Of a stretch of 64,000 nt of DNA, positions 61,904 to 64,000 are shown one piece after another. A program made the translations under genes and the position numbers. Position 1 is the stretch's first letter, and each line of letters begins with the position of its first letter. The DNA is from Candidatus Obscuribacterales bacterium (lineage in GTDB: Bacteria; Cyanobacteriota; Vampirovibrionia; Obscuribacterales; Obscuribacteraceae), in the NCBI GenBank assembly GCA_965228855.1, contig CBDDIJ010000002.1, positions 736,001 through 800,000 on the forward strand, in the 5' to 3' direction. The notes below the pieces were generated by a model, which searched no databases, was not told the origin of the DNA, and saw nothing but the letters and a program-made list of their open reading frames with translations.

Positions 61904-64000
61904 ATGGCTGGACCGTTTTCTTCCGAGGCAAATAGCGTCACCGACAAGTCAGGCGCGGACAACAAAGCCGGTGGCTTTGATGGCAGCAAGCTCAGCCTCG
62001 AGACACAAAACCAATTGTTAAACCAAGCAGCGCTCAAGCACCAGATCTCACAGGCTGAGCGAGCTAATCCAAACGTTACGGACCTGGTCGGAGAAGGTCT
62101 GTATTCCGCTGCTTATTCTGGCGTTCAGGAACCGGCTATCGGGCTTGCTCAGCTCTCGGACAAGGTCCACCTCACATCGGGGCTCGCCGAGAAAGTTGAA
62201 TTCATGAGTGCCCCCGCTCACGAGGAGTTTGGTACAGCACGATGGCATGCTCAGCAGATCGGCGGTGCCCTGGGTATGACCGCGCCGTTTCTGGCTACCA
62301 AAGGCGCTCTAGCCAAGTCTGGTTTGTCGCTGGTGGCTCGAACCGAAGCCACTGCAGCCACTTCCGGCAAGCTGTTGAGCCTGGTAAATGGCGCAGCCGT
62401 CGCGGATGGAGCGATAACCGGCTTTGCTTATGATTTCATTGCCCGACCGGTCGCGCCATCAGAAAGCAATTTCTGGGAAGCTCGTCTCAAGCACGGAGCC
62501 ACCGGAGCAGTAACGTTTGGCGCGCTCACCGCCGGCAGTGTCGGTCTGCGTCACGTCAGTGGCTCGCTGGCAAAAGAGCTGGTAGGAGTTAGAAAGCTCG
62601 CTTATGAAACTGGAATTGGTGCTGCTTCCGGTTTGCCGGCCGGGTCATTGAACGCGGACATGACGTCCCTGTTAAAGACCGGACATCTGGCATCAAATGA
62701 AGATCGACTGAAGGGCATGTACACAATGTCTATGGTGGGCGGCACCCTGAGCGCTTTACACAGACTGCCCGGACAAGAGAGAACCAGCTCCGAGAGAGCG
62801 CTTGAAACTCAAAAGCAAAGAGCCGGCGTGGATAACCTGCAGGCGATGCTGGGTGAACGGGCTCGCTCTGCCAAGCTTGGCGAGTTGAAGCTTGATGGGG
62901 CTAAAACAGAATCTTCTCGTGCCGCCTCGATAGGAGATGGTTTATTCAGCCGTTCTCGAAGTGGGTCAGCAACGGATGCCATGGTAAACGAAGGCCTCAT
63001 GCGTGGCCGAGCGCTCGCGAGCGGGGACCGTCAGGTCAAGACGAGCGTAACTCCGGAGCTTCAACCATTCCTTCAAAAAGGAGCGGAGATGGCTATGGGT
63101 GCGTCTGAAGCGACTGCATCGGCCAGAGAGGTTGCGGATTTCTTCAATTTTGCGCGCTCTCCGGAAGGGCAGCAGTTGCGCGATTCGATGCTGGATGTCG
63201 CCGAGCAGACTCGCGATCAGCGGATGATGACCATTGTCAGAGAAGCATATCTTCCTGTCGAAGGAATGCACCACCGCATCACGCCTGGCGAGATGAATAT
63301 CCTGCCGGACCGAGGTACCAAGCCGACCGAGGAGCAGATAAACCGCTGGTACGATTTTCTGGACATCGTGCAGAAGTCGAACCCTACGGACGTAGAAAGC
63401 TATGCTCTTTACCGAAATAACGTGTTCGACTGGCTCAACAAGAATCCCGATTTGCATAACTGGGCGAGGCAATTTGCGGAGCAGACCAGCATGAGTAATC
63501 AGGCTGCACCGATCGATTTTTACTTTGAAACCAACATTTTGAATCGGTTTATCAAAGTGCAAGATGGAACGTTCGATTCGAAGCCGGTGACAATGGGTGA
63601 GTTGGCGAGTTTGCGTCAGTTGTCCACTAAATTTGCTGACCAGGTAGGTGAATATCCGTACGACGCAAAGATCGTCGAGAATTTCACAAACCTGATGAAG
63701 GAGTCTGGCGACGTCCGTCTTCCGCTCCTGGTCGAGCATGTAAATTCGGTTCTGAGAGAGCAGGGTCTGAACACCACTACGTTCGCTCAGATGAAAGGCG
63801 AAAATCAGATTGTTCTCTACCGTCCGAAGACCATCGTGAAGACCGATTCGCGATTGGCGGTGGATTACAACGAGGGTGGTGCTGTAGAAGCAGGCGTTGC
63901 TAAACCTGATGCTGTCAGGGTTAACGAAATCGCCAACACATTTGCGCAAAATCTAGCCGGTGCAAAAACGATCCAGAATGCGCAGTACATGCTGACTGAG
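61904..64000 (+). CDS. Large hypothetical protein, runs off the window (absent from ORF track)
   Basis: MAGPFSSEANS...YSAAYSGVQEPAIGLAQL...AQQIGGALG; frame appears open to the window end. Confidence 0.75.
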   Translation, partial: MAGPFSSEANSVTDKSGADNKAGGFDGSKLSLETQNQLLNQAALKHQISQAERANPNVTDLVGEGLYSAAYSGVQEPAIGLAQLSDKVHLTSGLAEKVEFMSAPAHEEFGTARWHAQQIGGALGMTAPFLATKGALAKSGLSLVARTEATAATSGKLLSLVNGAAVADGAITGFAYDFIARPVAPSESNFWEARLKHGATGAVTFGALTAGSVGLRHVSGSLAKELVGVRKLAYETGIGAASGLPAGSLNADMTSLLKTGHLASNEDRLKGMYTMSMVGGTLSALHRLPGQERTSSERALETQKQRAGVDNLQAMLGERARSAKLGELKLDGAKTESSRAASIGDGLFSRSRSGSATDAMVNEGLMRGRALASGDRQVKTSVTPELQPFLQKGAEMAMGASEATASAREVADFFNFARSPEGQQLRDSMLDVAEQTRDQRMMTIVREAYLPVEGMHHRITPGEMNILPDRGTKPTEEQINRWYDFLDIVQKSNPTDVESYALYRNNVFDWLNKNPDLHNWARQFAEQTSMSNQAAPIDFYFETNILNRFIKVQDGTFDSKPVTMGELASLRQLSTKFADQVGEYPYDAKIVENFTNLMKESGDVRLPLLVEHVNSVLREQGLNTTTFAQMKGENQIVLYRPKTIVKTDSRLAVDYNEGGAVEAGVAKPDAVRVNEIANTFAQNLAGAKTIQNAQYMLTE

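Noticed and set aside
62966..63949. 327-aa minus-strand ORF
   Set aside because: Antisense shadow of the open + strand ORF starting at 61904.

Overview
64-kb chromosomal window containing the replication origin (dnaN-dnaA / rpmH-rnpA-yidD-yidC-jag). Gene style suggests a non-photosynthetic Cyanobacteriota relative (Vampirovibrionia/Obscuribacterales-like; inferred). Housekeeping-style genes alternate with clusters of strongly C/G-ending genes rich in peptidases and hypothetical proteins. Main discovery: six copies of an exactly 50-bp palindrome, G[T/G]CTA-N7-nnGAC-N16-G[T/G]Cnn-N7-TAGAC. Each is paired with outward-facing TATAGTAG boxes at 79-81 or 89-91 bp, two spacings one helical turn apart. 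Most boxes point antisense into the terminator of the neighbouring gene cluster. An IS621-like IS110 element sits precisely in one copy, and its bridge-RNA guides can be read from the sequence: they spell the repeat arm, with a perfect 14/14 empty target in another copy. All calls are by eye; no database searches were run.
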